A stretch of 64,000 nucleotides of DNA from Carcharhinus amblyrhynchos. Its lineage: Eukaryota. The translations under genes were made by a program, and so were the position numbers. Under the pieces are notes generated by a model, which made no database searches, was not told the origin of the DNA, and saw only the letters and a program-made list of their open reading frames with translations. The stretch's first letter is position 1; every line of letters starts with the position of its first letter. Below, piece after piece: positions 23,336-36,060 of this stretch. Where the stretch lies: NCBI GenBank assembly GCA_965287045.1, contig OZ336887.1, positions 10,788,001-10,852,000 of the forward strand, given 5' to 3'.

Positions 23336-24040
23336 TAAGAACATAAGAACATATGAAATAGGAGCAGGAATAGGCCATCTAGCCCTTCGAGCCTGCCCCG
23401 CCATTCAGTAAGATCATGGCTGATCTGTCGTGGCTCAGTTACACTTTCCTGCCCTCTCCCAATAACCCTTAATCCCCTCTCTTATCAAAAACCCATCAAC
23501 CCGCGTCTTAAAAATATTTAGCGAGGCAGCCTCCACCACTTCAACGGGCAGAGAATTCCAGAGATTCACCACCCTTTGAGTGAAGAAGTTCCTCCTCAAC
23601 TCCGTTCTAAACCGCACCCCCCTTTATCTTGAGGCTGTGCCCCCTAGTCCTACTATCCTTTCTGAGCGGGAAGAGTCTCTCCACCTCTATCCTATCCATC
23701 CCATTCATCATCTTATATGTCTCAATGAGATCTCCCCTCATTCTTCTAAACTCTAATGAGTACAAGCCTAGTTTATTCAGCCTCTCCTCATAGCTCAACC
23801 CCCTCAACTCCGGCATCAGCCTAGTAAACCTCCTCTGCACTCCCTCCAAGGCCAAAATATCCTTGTGTAAGTACGGCGCCCAAAACTGCACACAGTACTC
23901 CAGCTGCGGCCTCACCAATGCCCTATACAGCCGCAGCAAGACCTCCCTACTTTTATATTCAATCCCCCTCGCTATGAAGGCCAGCATCCCATTAGCCTTC
24001 CGGACCACCTGCTGCACCTGCAAGCTGGGTTTTTGCGACT
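23336..24040 (-). mobile_element. Young CR1 LINE (copy 4, inverted)
   Basis: ORFs 23607-24089 and 23435-23617 match the copy 2 C-terminus; AAGAACATAAGAACAT tail. Confidence 0.97.
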
Positions 24041-24059
24041 CTCCCATTAAACAACCTTC

Positions 24060-24565
24060 CCTTCTGAAAACCTTCATACTAGCTGCCATTTTAAGTAAAC
24101 TCCTTCCTCGGATACTTTCCTTTCCCTTTCAAAACTGCCATCATCACTCTGAAATATCTTTGGCTCCTTCCATTTGCAACATGTTGCTCCATCTCCAAAC
24201 TCTATATCCTCTGCGCCAAATTGAACATCACATCACCTCCCAAATTCAAACCTATCCTCTCTCAACCCCCTATTTAAATTGCTCCATTCAGACTTAAAGT
24301 CTTGCCATGCGCTCTAACTAATGTCACAACTGACAATATTTATGACTCTGCTGATTACTGCTTTCTTGGCCTCCTTAACCTTTCTGTAACCTTTGACACT
24401 GTTGGTCACACTGATGCCCCTCCCTCCCATTGCCCAGCTCCATGAGGCTGCCCTTGATCAGTTTTGTTCTTGTTAACTCTATTCATAACCAGAACATCTA
24501 CAGCAATGGCTTCTCTTCTTGCATCATTACTTCTGGAGTCTTCCAAGGGCCTAGCCTTGGCCTCT
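24060..24565 (+). mobile_element. Ancient L2 RT fragment
   Basis: ALTNVTTD..LLNLSVTFDTVGH and TSGVFQGPSLG, equivalent to L2 ETAL.KVTND, LLDLSAAFDTVDH and GVPQGSILGP. Confidence 0.65.
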
Positions 24566-24699
24566 GTCTCCATGGCAACAGACTTTGGTCAACGGCCAGT
24601 CTGCAGCCCTGTCTGACTTTCCTCTCCCATCTTTAAAATCACCAAGCCAACTCTGACTAACACAACATCTATACCAACAACGATATCAACCTTGAATTT

Positions 24700-25840
24700 T
24701 TGTATAAAAACAGGAAACGTTCAGCAGGCCAGGCAGCATCATAAGGCCATCGACCTGAAACAGTAACCTGAGGGGCGATTCTCCGACCTTGCCATGCCTG
24801 GAGTAAATGGTGCCAATCCCAGGGAATAGTACACAAACCTAAACATTGGTTTGGCGCCCAGTGTGAAATGGTTTGTGAGTCTCCCAGATCATTTCTAATG
24901 GCATGAACCAGATCATGCCCAGGAAGGGTGTGGTGGTGATCAGTATATTTACAATAGAATTTAAATATGCCCAGCCCATTCAAATCCCAATGCACGGAAT
25001 TCTCCAAGCTTCAGCCATGGCCCAAGAACAGCAAGAATCACTGCTGGTCTCCACTAGCGGAGACCTGGTGCAATGCTCACACTGTGTTGGGGGAGGGGAG
25101 GTGGAGGGGCTCAGAGGCCCTTGGGTTCATGACTGGGGAGTGCCCACCTGGTGGTGCCCAACTGACACAGGCAGCTCCCACCTGTTGGGGTCTACCTGGC
25201 ACACTGGCAGTGGTCACTGGACAGCCCAGTGGTGCTTCTTGGGCACTGCCAGTGTGCTAGAACAGTGCTGATGGGGTGGGGCCTGAGTGGGGGGGGGTCT
25301 TGATGGGGGGGACATGTCAAGGGTCTTTTGGGGGGCATGCCTGGGGTCTTTTGGAGGGGGATGTATGTCGGAGGTCTTTTGGGGGGCATGTTGGGGGTCA
25401 TTTGGGGGAGCATGTGGGGGTCAGGTAATGGCACCCATCAGGAGGGACCCAATGCTAGCAATCCGTTTCAGGGAGGAACATGCCGCTGGTGAGGAGGGGT
25501 CCCAGTGTCTGGGGTGAGGGAGGGAGTCTCCCAGTGCACTGTGAGAATGGGTCACCCTAGCAAAACGGTACCTGAGCGCTCAGAAGGCGGGTTCACAAGC
25601 GTGGTCAGACCCGTCCCCTCAGCACTGGCACAAAACTCTCAACTCTCCAATAAAGTGACTGAGTGTGAGAGGATTGGGGTGCGGAGCACACCTGAGACAG
25701 GCAGCAACCTGTTCTCACACTTGGAAATGTTTTGGGAGAATTCCATTCCCTGTTTCTCTCTCAGGTGCTGCCCGACCTGCCGAGTATTTCCAGCCTTGTC
25801 TGTTTGTATTTCAGATGCCCAGCACCTGCAGTGCTTTACT
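24700..25840. mobile_element. Penelope-like pLTR (family 2) split by a Harbinger-like non-autonomous element (about 24770-25745)
   Basis: CAGCAGGCCAGGCAGCATC..CCTGAAAC on the left, CTGTTTCTCTCTCAGGTGCTGCCCGACCTGC on the right. Insert has GGGGCGATTCTCC / GGGAGAATTCC ends and a G-rich minisatellite at about 25290-25420. Confidence 0.6.
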
Positions 25841-26012
25841 TGCCTGAAAGGCTGGCGGAAGCAGATTCAAAAATCACTTGTAAAATGGGGAATGAACAGG
25901 GGGATGCCAGCTGGGATAGCATTTTCAAAGAGTGAGCACAGTTAGGATGGGCTGAATGGTCTCATTCAGCATTATGTCATTCTATGATTTAAGAAAATGT
26001 GTCTCTGTTTAG

Positions 26013-26188
26013 ATTGCTGCAAATACTTCTGACCTTTTAAGTAGATTTTGAAATTTTATAGGTAAGTGGTTTTATATTTAATTTCGAGGACCTGTATTTA
26101 AACATAGCTCCCAGCCTCAATTTCTTAATTTCCGCATGGAAGGCACTTCATTGATTTTGTTTTTTGTTATGTATCTTTGCTTCTACAG
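26013..26188 (+). other. Candidate 49-nt non-coding exon (26013-26061) plus 127-nt intron (26062-26188)
   Basis: TCTCTGTTTAG| exon AG|GTAAGT, then long pyrimidine tract ending TCTTTGCTTCTACAG|G. Confidence 0.35.
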
Positions 26189-26734
26189 GCTCTGTGATGC
26201 CTGGTAGCTTCTAGATGTTGGATCTGACTGTTTAATCACATTCTAGGGAAATACTTCTCTTCTAGGCTAAATGCCAAATGTCACTTGCTGTCGAAAGCGG
26301 TGCAGTAATATACCTCAGAGATTCATACTTTGATATCTGAACTGTTTGACTGTACATATGCTAAGCTGAAAAATGATACGCATATTTTCAATTATTCTGT
26401 GATGTTGCCATCACAGTGTGAGGATAAGCACCATGAAAGAGCTGCGAAAATTAACCCATGACCACAGCAATTTTTTCTTTTCCATTGACACCAATCTGTT
26501 GAGCATTTACCTTAGATGTGGTGCTCCCATCCAAACATGTCTTGCACTTCCAGTTTCAGGCAGAACCCACTGTTGCTTGAAAGCTCATGGCTATTTTTTT
26601 TGGCCAGAGGTCAATTTAATTTTCCAGGTTATTTAACAACCACGTCAAAGATCGATTTTATGGGGCTTGCATCCCAAGTTGCTAAAGGAAGTGGACTTGG
26701 AGATAGCAGGACCTTGCCTTCGTCCAAAGCTGTG

Positions 26735-27012
26735 TGGGTCAGTTTGATTGGCCAGTGTCAGGGGGATTGGCAGGGTAAATACATGGGGTTAGGGCCTGTG
26801 TGGGATTGCTGGCCTTCTGCACGTTCTCCCCATGTCTGCGTGGGTTTCCTCCCATAGTCTGAAAGATGTGCTGGTTAGGTGCCTTGGTCATGCTAAATTC
26901 TCCCTCAGTGTACCCGAACAGGCGCCCTAGTGTGGCGGCTAGGGGATTTTCACAGTAACTTCATTGCGGTGTTAATGTAAGCCTACATATGAAACTAATA
27001 AATAAACTTAAA
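26735..27012 (+). mobile_element. V-SINE fragments (partial type A fused to type B 3' half)
   Basis: V core and tail B ending AATAAATAAACTTAAA. Confidence 0.8.
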
Positions 27013-27014
27013 CC

Positions 27015-27140
27015 TACTGTGTGCATATTGGCTGCTGTGTTTACGAGATCTTGATAGTGACAGTACTTCAAAAGTATTTAAATGGCGGTAAAGTGCTTTG
27101 GGACATCCGGAGGTCAAGAAAGGCACTATGGAAATATTAG
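27015..27140 (+). mobile_element. Deu-SINE 3' end
   Basis: GTGACAGTACTTCAAAAGTA..AAAGTGCTTTGGGACATCC. Confidence 0.65.
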
Positions 27141-27369
27141 TTACCCCTCCTTTTTTTGTCCCAAGCAGGAAGCATCTGTTTTATAAGATTGATGGCCGTA
27201 GTATCTGTGAGGGCGGCTGTGAAGAGTTAAACTCAGACCTTTTGGTGCCGGAGAAAGTGCAAGAAAATCAGAAGAGTCAGTCATTGCCAAGGCAGCCTAA
27301 TGTAGCCCTTTGCGGATGACCCAAAATTGATATGGTTGAATGTCAAGAACCAGGTCCTGGTGGCATTGA

Positions 27370-27522
27370 AGCAAAATACTGCGAATGTTGGAAATCTGAA
27401 ATAAAAATACAAAGTACTGGAAATATTTGGCATACCCGGCAGCATCTTGTGTCACGTCAAATATGACTCTGTCTTCAAGGTGCTGCCCGACCTGCTGAAT
27501 ATTTCCAACACTTTCTGTTCCT
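27370..27522. mobile_element. Penelope-like inverted pLTR fragments (family 2)
   Basis: GGAAATATTTGGCATACCCGGCAGCATC is an imperfect inverted repeat of GGTGCTGCCCGACCTGCTGAATATTTCC. Confidence 0.6.
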
Positions 27523-28104
27523 ATAACAGGGTGACTATTGCTTCTCCCACAGGAGATGTTTAGCCGAGGTAGACCATTATGGAAAGCAGGAGAGAAACAA
27601 GTGGTTTTGATGCCTGCAGCAATGAAAAGTGTACCAAACAATAATACAACCTTCATAACTGCAATGATGAATTGACTATAGTAAAGTTTATGGTATAATT
27701 GGATAAAGTGAAACAACATTTCTAATGAAAATCTTCCAGTGTACTAATTCACTTAGCCTGTAAAAGAATGACATGACACTCTGATCTAATGAAGTTACTG
27801 TTTGCTCAGAATGAAAATCTTAACACCCCATTCATATTACCACCCTGTCGAGGCAGCAATGCAACACAAATAAATGGGCCAGGAAAAATTACCTGCTGAA
27901 GGAGTTATCCGTTTCCTTTGTCACAGAACACACAGCCCATAGCAGCAAAGCTAATTAAATCATACTGTTTGATTCAAGGCACCCATGTTGGGTGTGTGCA
28001 TACATAAGTTGTCCGGATTTAGTGGAGTCTAGGTGCGGGTGGAAGGGGAAGAGGGGAAGGGCAGTGTCTCAGAGAGCTAGTGACAGCTCTGCATTTCATT
28101 TTAT

Positions 28105-28357
28105 CGCTGCGCCAGGGACCTTGGTTCAATTCCCAGCTTGGGTCACTGTCCTTCCGCATACTCTCCCCCTGTCTGCAAGGGTTTCCTCCGGGTGCTCCGG
28201 TTCCCTCCCACAGTCTGAAAGATGTGTTGCTCAGGTGCATTGGCTATGCTAAATTCTCAGTGTACCCAAAGAGACACTGGAGTGTAAACATTCGGGGATT
28301 TTCACAGTAACTTCACTGCAGTAAACCTACTTGTGACACTAATAAAATAAACTTAAA
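28105..28357 (+). mobile_element. V-SINE, tail type B
   Basis: B box GGTTCAATTCC, V core and tail B. Confidence 0.85.
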
Positions 28358-29137
28358 ACACAACAAGTGCCACTCAGGCATGTGATAGGACAGCGATGAG
28401 CTTTCTCTGGGATTAAGGACCCCATGGTCAGAAGTCCCGCTCTCCTTGAACTGACAGCCAGTCAGTGTGTGGCAGCTTCATTGAACAGCCATTGCCACCA
28501 GGGAGCCACTCATTGCTGGACCTGGGTGAGTGATGATGGGAGAGGGGTTCACAGGCGGAGAAACGAGGAAGAGGGCGAGGAGAAAGGGCGTGCAGGATGG
28601 CTCTCAGTGAGTATCCCCCCAGCTGATGTCGGGTTCTTCATTCAGTCACCGAGTGCCTTTGAGCTTGGGACTCTCTCCACCCCCCGACCTGGGAGCTGGC
28701 AAGCACCCCCATGGTCTTGCTTGCCGTGCTCCCCTGAATGGTGATTAGCAGCCACCATGGGTCTTCCCACTATGGATTTGATCGAAGTGGAAGTGGGAAG
28801 GTACCCCCCCCCCGCAACCTGCCCCTTCCCTTTCTCCATCCTCTTGCCTGATTAAATGCCCTCACTTGCCATGGAAACTTGCCATGGAAGAGGGCATTAC
28901 ATTCCAATCAATGAGAAAGTTCCAGATGCATCATTGTTACACAGTGTTGTCAATCGTCTCTTTATTATCTGTCAAATTCAGAATAGGAAGCGGTTCATAC
29001 AGGAAGCAGTACAAGTGGGGAATCAGTATGTGTCAATGGTGTCTCCTCCCAGGGAACCAATGGAAAGCGTCTGTCGACGCAGTAAAAACTGGTGCTTCCA
29101 GACGCATGGTGTCCATTCAGACATTCAAAGTCATCCA

Positions 29138-29405
29138 GAGAGCCAGGGTAATGTTGTGTGGAACTGGATTCAAATCCCACCATGGCAGATGGTTACATCT
29201 GAATTCAACAAAAATAATCTGGAATTAAAATTGTCATAAAAACCATCTGGTTCACTAATGTCCTTTAGGGAAGGAAATCTGCCATTCTTACCTGCATGTG
29301 ACTCCAGATCCACAGCAATGTTGTTGACTCTTAAAGTCCCTCTGGGATGAGCAATAAATGCTGGCCCAGCCAGCGATGCCAACATCCCATGAACAAATAA
29401 AAAAG
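29138..29405 (+). mobile_element. SINE family C
   Basis: Core and tail as at 12908-13212. Confidence 0.85.
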
Positions 29406-29866
29406 AATTCTTATTGCTATTGATTTCAATGTAGAAGATAATAAGAAGCATACTAATTTTATTTTACAAAACTTGCACAAGGATGCCTTGCTGAGCCAAC
29501 TCAGACAACTGCTGTTTAATACTTCTGTCAACATACATGTAAGAGGTGAATGTTTTAATGGAAGGTGAAATATAAAGTGTGTTGAGAGAGGCACAGTTAC
29601 ATTGCAAATCAATTCATACTTCCTCTTTTATCTTCATTTCCCCTTTCATTTTATTGTCACCGCCTCTTTAGGAAAACTATCCTCTGATGTAAATCCTGGT
29701 TTCTCTGTTCTATATCCTCCTCAAATGAATTCTTTTACGTTATGTCTGTTCTGACCTGATTCTGGCCCGGTCCGGTGACATTATATCGTCTAAAGATCTT
29801 GTCATCCATTTCCCATGGTTTCACATGAGTGTATGTTTCTAATTTTGCCCTTGGATTTAGACCCAA

Positions 29867-29986
29867 AGGACGAAATTTTCCTGTCCTGCTCACATGGGAA
29901 TCATAGCAGGTGGGACAGGAACATACAAAGGTCATTGACCTCGGGAGGGATTTTCTGGTCTTGGGGTGAGCTAGAAAATCCCACCC
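29867..29986. mobile_element. Harbinger-like MITE
   Basis: Degenerate TIRs GGACGAAATTTTCC / AGAAAATCCCACCC; related to 59143-59246. Confidence 0.5.
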
Positions 29987-30204
29987 AAAGCCTCCATGAA
30001 TACCAGACTCAACTGTTGAACCTTAAATTCACAAAGGCTCTCCCTCAGAGATTTGTGTCCCTCCAACTTGCATTTTAGTCTAAGATTGAATCTTTATTTG
30101 CGTATAAAATAAAAATAATCCAAAGCAGAAAGTTGGAAACAAAAATAGAAGTTCAGGTGAATTACTTCTTTGGCGTGCTAGTATAAACATGTACAATGGG
30201 GCTT

Positions 30205-30416
30205 AGAATCATAGAATCACCAACAGTGGAGAAGAAGGCTATTCAGCCCATTGAGTCCACAGCAGCTCTTTGACAGAGTATCTTACCCGGGCCCACCACT
30301 CCTCCCTATCTCCATAACACCACACATTTACCATGGTTAATCCATCTGACCTACACATCTTGGGAAACTTAGGGACAATTTCACACAGTCAATCCACCTA
30401 ACCTGCACACCTTTGG
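30205..30416 (-). mobile_element. HE1-like V-SINE 3' part, tail A
   Basis: TAGAATCATAGAATC tail and reverse-complement core. Confidence 0.8.
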
Positions 30417-30634
30417 GTCAGTTGGTCTCTGAAAGAGTTAGCTGTTCCAGGTGGGACCTTTCCCTTCAAGTTCTTCTGATGATAGGTGTCATCTGAAAAC
30501 TTTTTGAATTTATTCCACTGAACTTATCCAAATCCATTTGTACTGCAGCCCCTCTTTATGTTGACTACATTTGCTGCAATCCATGCTGCATTCCTTTGCA
30601 TGTAATATATAGCAAACACATTCCGTCTTTAGTC

Positions 30635-31423
30635 TGCACAAATAATGAGATAGTGAATCTGTCAAGTGGTGCGACGACAATAATGTCTCCCTCAATGTCA
30701 ATAAAACTATGTAGATTGTCATCAACTTCAGGAAGCGTAGTGGAGAACATGCCCCTGTCTATATCAATGGGGACGAAGTAGAAATGATCGACAGCTTTAG
30801 GTTTTTAGGCATCCAGATCACCAACAACCTGTCCTGGTCCCCCCATGCTGACACTATAGTTAAGAAAGCCCATCAATGCCTCTACTTTCTTAGAAGACTA
30901 AGGAAATTTGGCATGTCAGCTACGACTCTCACCAACTTTACATATGAACAATAGAAAGCATTCTTTCTAGTTGTATCACAGCTTGGTATGGCTCCTGCTC
31001 TACCCAAGACCGCAAGAAATTACAAAAGGTTGTCAATGTAGCCCAATTCATCACGCAAACCAGCCTCTCGTCCATTCACTCTGTCTACACTTCCCATTGC
31101 CTCGGTAAAACAGCCAGCATAATTAAGGAACCTGTGCAACCCGGACATTCTCTCTTCCACCTCCTTCTGTCGGGAAAAAGATATAGAAGTCTGAAGTCAC
31201 GTACCAACTGACTCAAGAACAGCTTCTTCCCTGCTGCCGTCACACTTTTGATTGGACGTATAGTGTACTCAGTTGAGCTTTCTCTGCACCCTGTGACTGT
31301 AACACGACATTCTGCCCTCTCTCCTTTCCTTCTCTCTGAATGGTATGCTTTGTCTATACAGCACGCAAGAAACAATACTTTTCATTGTATACTAATGCAT
31401 GTGACAATAATAAATCAAATCAA
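30635..31423 (+). mobile_element. Rex1/Babar LINE 3' end
   Basis: WCDDNNVSLNVNKT..PVYINGDEVEMIDSFRFLGIQITNNLSWSPHADTIVKKAHQCLYFLRRLRKFG; tail GTGACAATAATAAATCAAATCAA. Confidence 0.9.
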
Positions 31424-32029
31424 GTCTTATATTTTCCGAGTTTCATTGAAACCACTGGACAGACACCACTGAGTCTTTCTCACTCTCTCAATTCTCTAAG
31501 ATTGCAAAGATTAACGTATCATCATTAGAGTGAGTGGTAAACTGAGAGCACTGCGTCTATTTGGCTTTTAGGATTACCTGGAGTTTTGTAGGAAGAATGC
31601 CAACCCCAATGACTGATTTGCCAAAAATCCCCCCACCCCCAGCTTCAACAATGTGGCTGGTTAATTATCCACAGTGCCCCTGGGGTGCTGTGCCTGTCCC
31701 TGGTTTGACTTTCAGAGATGCAGTGAGTTAACCACAGAGGATTGATTTAGTTTCAAATGTACCATTGAAAGGCATGTTACCCCGAAGCTAACTCAGCCCC
31801 AAAGGATCCTGATTACCATTCGGTGACAAATCTCACTCATTCCTACACTTCGTGCCTGTAATGCAGCATTAGTTTGGGCACGGTAGTTCTTTATGGAAAG
31901 CCACAAAAGACAGTGAAAATCCCAGGTTCTAAATGGATAGGATCAATAATTATTTGAAATGTTATGGGATTATATGCTTTCTAAGTGAGCTGGAATGTGT
32001 CAACCTCTATTGACTAGGCTAATTGTGAG

Positions 32030-32380
32030 GAGGTGATGGTCTAGTGGTATTACCGCTAGATTATTATTCCAGAAACTCAGCTAATGTTCTGGGGACCTGA
32101 ATTCGAATCCTGCCTTGGCAGGTGGTGGAATTTAAATTCAATAAAAAAAAACCTGGAATTAAAAATCTACAGATGACCATGAAACCATTGTCGGAAAAAC
32201 CATCTGGTTCGCTAATGCCCTTTAGGGAAGGAAATCTGCTGGCCTTACCCGGTCTAGCCTAATGTGATTCCAGAGCCACAGCAATGCGCTTGACTCTCAA
32301 CTGGTCTCAGGCAGTTAGGATGGTCAATAAATGCTGGCCAGCCATCGATGTCCATGTCCCATGAATGAATAAAAAAAAAC
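32030..32380 (+). mobile_element. Full-length SINE family C
   Basis: A box TGGTCTAGTGG, B-box-like GAATTCGAATCC, core, tail CCCATGAATGAAT(A)n. Confidence 0.9.
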
Positions 32381-32555
32381 CTGAGGGATGTCTGAATTGG
32401 AATATTCCAAGTAGATTGTGCTCCATTAGGGAATTCATAACCAGGAAATCTATTGGACAATTTTCTTTGGAATTCTGAAGAAAACTTCCACTGTAAGCAA
32501 CATGGTTAGCATTTTTATGTAGGATATCAGAATGCAAAATATTAGAAATATCAGG

Positions 32556-32862
32556 GTGGCATGGTGGTTGGCACTGCTGCCTCACAGCTCCAGGGACCTG
32601 GGTTTGATTCCTGGCTTGAATCACTCCTGTGTGTAGTTTGCACCTTCTCCCTGATTCTATGTGAGTTTCCTCCGAGTGCTCCAGGTTCCTCCCACAGTCC
32701 AAAGATTTGCAGGTTGGATAGATTGGCCATGCTAAATTGATCCTTAGTGACCCAGGATGTGTAGGTTGGATGGATTAGCCATGGAAAATGGGGTTACGAG
32801 GATAGGGCGGGGAAGAAGGCTTTCTGTTAGAGTGCCTATTCAGCACTGTAGGGATTCTATGA
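32556..32862 (+). mobile_element. HE1-like V-SINE, tail A
   Basis: Head, V core, GGGATTCTATGA. Confidence 0.85.
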
Positions 32863-32919
32863 CATAAGAACTTAAGTCAAACCGAAGTGTTTCTTCATCA
32901 ATTAAATTATTTTCTTCTG

Positions 32920-33040
32920 TAGTCATTGTTTAATGTAGGAAACACAGCAGCTAATTTGTGCACAGCAAGATCCCATGAACAACAATGTCAGAAATGACCA
33001 GATAATCTGTTTTAGTGATGTTAGTTGAGGGATAGATACC
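32920..33040 (-). mobile_element. Deu-SINE fragment
   Basis: GCACAGCAAGATCCCA..AATGACCAGATAATCTGTTTTAGTGATGT. Confidence 0.7.
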
Positions 33041-35429
33041 GACTGAAGATTATGAGATCTTTGGTACGGGTAAAATGAATTGATTCCTCCACACTCAGCA
33101 TATGCTATCACGGATTCATTGGTCTTGTCCGTCCATCCAAGTCACAGTATAATGTGGTTGAAAGCTTCGAATCCAGGATGATAGCTCTGGTGCTGTTATT
33201 CTTGCCAGCTGTGGATTCAAATTCCAAGACTTGAGCATAAAAATCTAGGATTTAGAACAGTAATTCCCAGCACATTCCCATGTGTGACTAACTACATTCT
33301 GCATTCCCAAGTCAGCCAACCTATTGAGATAGAGGTTGGTGAAGGAGTGGGAAACTTGCTGCATTGCTCTAAATCCTAGATAATTTATATGCCAATAAGC
33401 AGACATCGCTCCAGGCAGCTCTGACTATATTGAATTAATTAAGACTGCAGTTCATCCTGTTTAAAAAACAAGAAAATTCTATTAGTAACTGATTCGCTTG
33501 GATATTTTTTCTTTTTCTTTCCTTTCAAGATTTTGCCATCAATAACACTTAAAATTGCTGGTAGATGTAGCAAATGCAGTCTCATTCATTATTTTATTAC
33601 TTTATCTGAACCTCTTCAAGTTGGTATCTTGGTTCTGTTTAGTGCTTAAGCAGGCAATCCCTGCACATCTCATTAAATTCTGCACATCATAAATTAGTTG
33701 AACTAATTGATCCAATTCCCAAAGTATCTCTGCATGCTGCTGCGACAGATTTGGCAATTTGTAGGCACATCAGCAAATAAAGAGGCACAAATGAAGACAT
33801 TTAATGCTGGAACCTCCAAAATTGCAACCACGACCGTTACCCTTAGGCGAATTCTGCATGCCAAATTCGTGAATTTCCTACGCATCCCTGCACACGCTTA
33901 TGGGGTGTGTGTTTGTTCCCATCCACAGTTGTGTCCCCTCCTATTTCTGGAAGGTCCAATCCCATTACCCCACTGATTCACCCTCCCCCCTCCCCTTGCC
34001 TATCTGGTGTCCAAGCACCTGGCAATCTGCAAGCCCCCCCTCACCCACTGAAATCGACCTGTAATTGATACAAAGACGTTCTGCGTCAGTGAGATTTTTG
34101 TGGTCTCAAGGAGTCAGGCTGTCTTGAACACATCTCCATTTTAGCAGCGGAGTCACATATTATATGGTGTAACATCAATAATACAAACAACATCAAAGAT
34201 TTGCTAGTAGAATATACAAAAGAGAGAATCCTGAAAACTTGAATAATTGTGCCCAAGTGTTCTTTGGTGTGTAAACTTGCAGGAAACACCACTATCCAGA
34301 ATCAATAATGGCGATTATCCAGTTTCACTGTCATTTTGTGGGGAGTTGAAGACGATTACCCTTTCCTGGAGCTGCTGTAGATAATAGGTTTGCCCTGGTT
34401 CTCCTGGAAACAGCTTTGACTTGTTGAGAAAATAGGCAGGTAATGATTCTAAGCGATTACAGAGCTCACTTTCACATAGCAAATTGAAGGCTTGCTGCCC
34501 CCAAACGCCCTGAGCTTCCTCAGAAAATTCACCTTCCTCGAAGCCTGTCAGTTCAGTCGTTTGAGAATCTCTCATATTGCTTCATGATGTGGACCTTTGG
34601 GCTTCATCCTGTCTCCATGTGTGCAGAGTGGGCTTTGACTTACACGGGTCTTTAGTCATGCAATGGATGGCGGCCAATTCCCTTGTAGTTTTGGCAGCTG
34701 CTACTCATTACTCAGGGCTGACAGCGTTGACATAATCTGTGATTAATTGGCAGAGAATGGGGCTCGAGTCTCAGTTAGCCAGCTCGCTCTCCTTCCTACC
34801 GAGCCCGAGCCATCTGTCCAAGCAATTCTTTCATTGAGAGTAAAATGGGGTTGTGGCATTGTCCGACATAATTCTGCGGCCTTGGTTTGATACAGGAGGT
34901 TGACGTGAAAACAGGGCTGACCAGTGGAGAAAATAAAGACCCATCCATGTGCTTCACTGTGAGCAATTACATTATTAGTCCCAAATCAAAAGAATGTTTT
35001 CTTTACGAGGACTGGGACCAGGAGACTACCCATACCTCACCTTTTTGCTCTTTGAACCTGAAAAGTTCCTGCAATGGAGCAGAAAGTCTGCAGAAGGAAG
35101 AGGAGCAAGGGAATATGATTATAGAATTGGTCCAAGGAAAAACACGCTCACGTTTAACTGATCATTTTTTCCAGGGAGGTAGGATTTCCAGTTTTACAAA
35201 GAACAAAGAACAACCCAGCATGGGAAACAGGCCCTTCGGCCCAACAAGCCCGCGCTGCCGCATCACCCTACACCTATTCTACCCTGCGTGTCTACGAATA
35301 GAACCCCTGACTTAGCCAGATTTTGTCACCTGAATTTTTGGATCTGTAAATAATTCTGCTTTGAATTAAGACATAGGGCATAGAATTCACAACATAGGAA
35401 CAGGCCATTTGTCCCATCTGATCGGTGAT

Positions 35430-36060
35430 GGGATTGGTAGATCGGCCATGCTAAATTGTCCCTTAGTGTCAGGGGGACTAGCTAGGGTAGATGCATGGGG
35501 TGTGGGGATGGGGCCTGGGTGGGATTGTGGTCAATGCAGTCTCGATGGGCCAAATGGCCTCCTTCTGCAGTGTAGGATTCTATGATTCTAATACTCCACA
35601 TACATATCCACCTCATCTGAAAGAGTAAAAACAAGATATATTAAATACTAATAAGCGAATCCTTCTACAGCAGTGACAGTTAAGGTGAGACTTAACATAG
35701 AGGTGTTCAAAAAGATGATGTTCTGTTTTTCAAGGGGAGGTCCTGTGACGCAATGGGTAGTATCCCACTCTTGAATTGATGGCCAACAGCAGGTGCATTC
35801 ATAATGTGGCCAAACAGGTTGATTATTCATAGAATCATAGAATTTACCCTGCTAACCCCATGGGACTAAGGGACAATTTAGCATGGCCTATCCACCTAAC
35901 CTGCACATCTTTTGGACTGTGGGAGGAAATTGGAACACTCAGAGGAAACCCACACAGACATGGGGAGAACGTGCAAACTCCATACAGACAGTAACTCGAG
36001 GCTGGAATTGAACGTGGGTCCCTGACACTGTGAGGCAGCAGTGCTAACCACTGTGCCATC
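35430..36060. mobile_element. Two tail-to-tail HE1-like V-SINEs (35430-35590 +, 35828-36060 -) flanking a short tRNA-SINE remnant (about 35733-35826)
   Basis: ATTCTATGATTCTA and CATAGAATCATAGAA tails facing each other. Confidence 0.8.

Noticed and set aside
27297-27719. 140-aa hydrophobic ORF
   Set aside because: Spans a Penelope fragment and shows no domain.
28856-29239. Two overlapping ORFs of about 120 aa
   Set aside because: No recognisable motif, and both run into SINE C.
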